A DNA stretch of 64,000 nucleotides, taken from positions 17,238,001 to 17,302,000 of the forward strand of contig NC_087437.1 of the NCBI RefSeq assembly GCF_036321535.1, given 5' to 3'. A program made the translations under genes and the position numbers. The DNA is from Camelus dromedarius (taxonomy: Eukaryota). Numbering within the stretch: the first letter of the stretch is position 1; the number at the start of each line of letters is the position of its first letter. Of this stretch, positions 63,445 to 64,000 are shown piece after piece. The notes under the pieces are model-generated. The model worked only from the letters and a program-made list of their open reading frames with translations. It had not been told where the DNA came from and made no database searches.

Positions 63445-64000
63445 GGAGCTTTTCCGAGACCTGGGAGGGAAACCCGCCCCCGGCCCCTTCGCCGAAGCCC
63501 CTCCCCAGGCCGCGGGACTGGCGCTTCCTCGCAGCTCCGCCTGGCTACGGTTGCCTCCATCCTCCGCCCTGGAGGCGCTCTGCGGAAACGCGAGGGGGTG
63601 GCGGCGCAAAACCATGCTCCCGCCTCTCCTGGGTTTAATGAGGGCCTCAGAGCTTAGCATTGTATTAGCGATTTATTGTTGACTGTTGACGAGGCGCTTT
63701 CCCGGGCGAGGGTGAAAAGGTTTCGAGAACTGTTTGGGACCTCCCTCGCCGCCGATCTAGATGCAACAGTGCCCGCCCCAGGCCGATTGGCGTCGTCCCT
63801 GCTTCTGTAAAGCAGATCCTCTCCGTGGTGCCGGCTTTGCATAAGGCGGCAGCATTGGCTAGTTAGTGAGAAAAGAATGCAGCTAGACTGGGAAAATACA
63901 GCCTCAGCTTTGGAATCAGCTTTCTCCTCCCACAGCCTAGGACTACTGTCAGTAGCTCTAAATGTCAGTAGCTTCCAAAAGGAAGACAATTGACTAACGT

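Larger units (their letters stand above)
62150..63860. promoter_or_regulatory. CpG island / TATA-less housekeeping-type promoter
   Basis: Abrupt switch from AT-rich, CpG-depleted DNA to very GC-rich, CpG-dense sequence. It contains GC boxes and CCAAT, E2F, NRF1 and YY1 motifs, plus a consensus splice donor. Confidence 0.95.

Noticed and set aside
61903..63989. Many long overlapping ORFs (up to 247 aa) on both strands in the GC-rich end
   Set aside because: They are low-complexity Arg/Gly/Pro/Ala translations in all frames, as expected from stop-codon scarcity in a CpG island. No recognisable domain. The 244-aa ORF starts at the intronic GTG of the splice donor.
1..64000. CRISPR arrays, operons, rRNA, or prokaryotic defence or phage systems
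   Set aside because: The sequence is clearly mammalian (L1, MIR, MLT, CpG island, spliceosomal donor). No repeat-spacer arrays or gene-dense coding regions are present.

Overview
This is mammalian, AT-rich, non-coding DNA. Three tRNA-Ala-derived SINEs and one young L1 3' end point to a camelid (inference). About 62 kb (1-62895) reads as one large first intron of a minus-strand gene, filled with decayed interspersed repeats: L1 (mostly antisense to the gene), L2, MIR, MLT1/MER21/ERVL LTRs, hAT-Charlie and Tigger DNA transposons, and microsatellites. The right end (~62150-63860) is a CpG-island promoter with a non-coding first exon that ends in a consensus GAG|GTGAGT donor at 62896/62895. From memory, this exon resembles the 5' UTR of the cohesin subunit STAG1; I have not verified this by search. 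No protein-coding exon is supported: the listed ORFs are repeat-derived, chance ORFs or GC-rich open frames. I found no convincing new biological system. The best leads are a CTCF/YY1/uORF overlap in exon 1, an intronic RFX+NF-Y module, an A-tailed orphan insertion inside an MLT1 LTR, and a close inverted SINE pair. Repeat family names come from recall of consensus sequences and boundaries are approximate.
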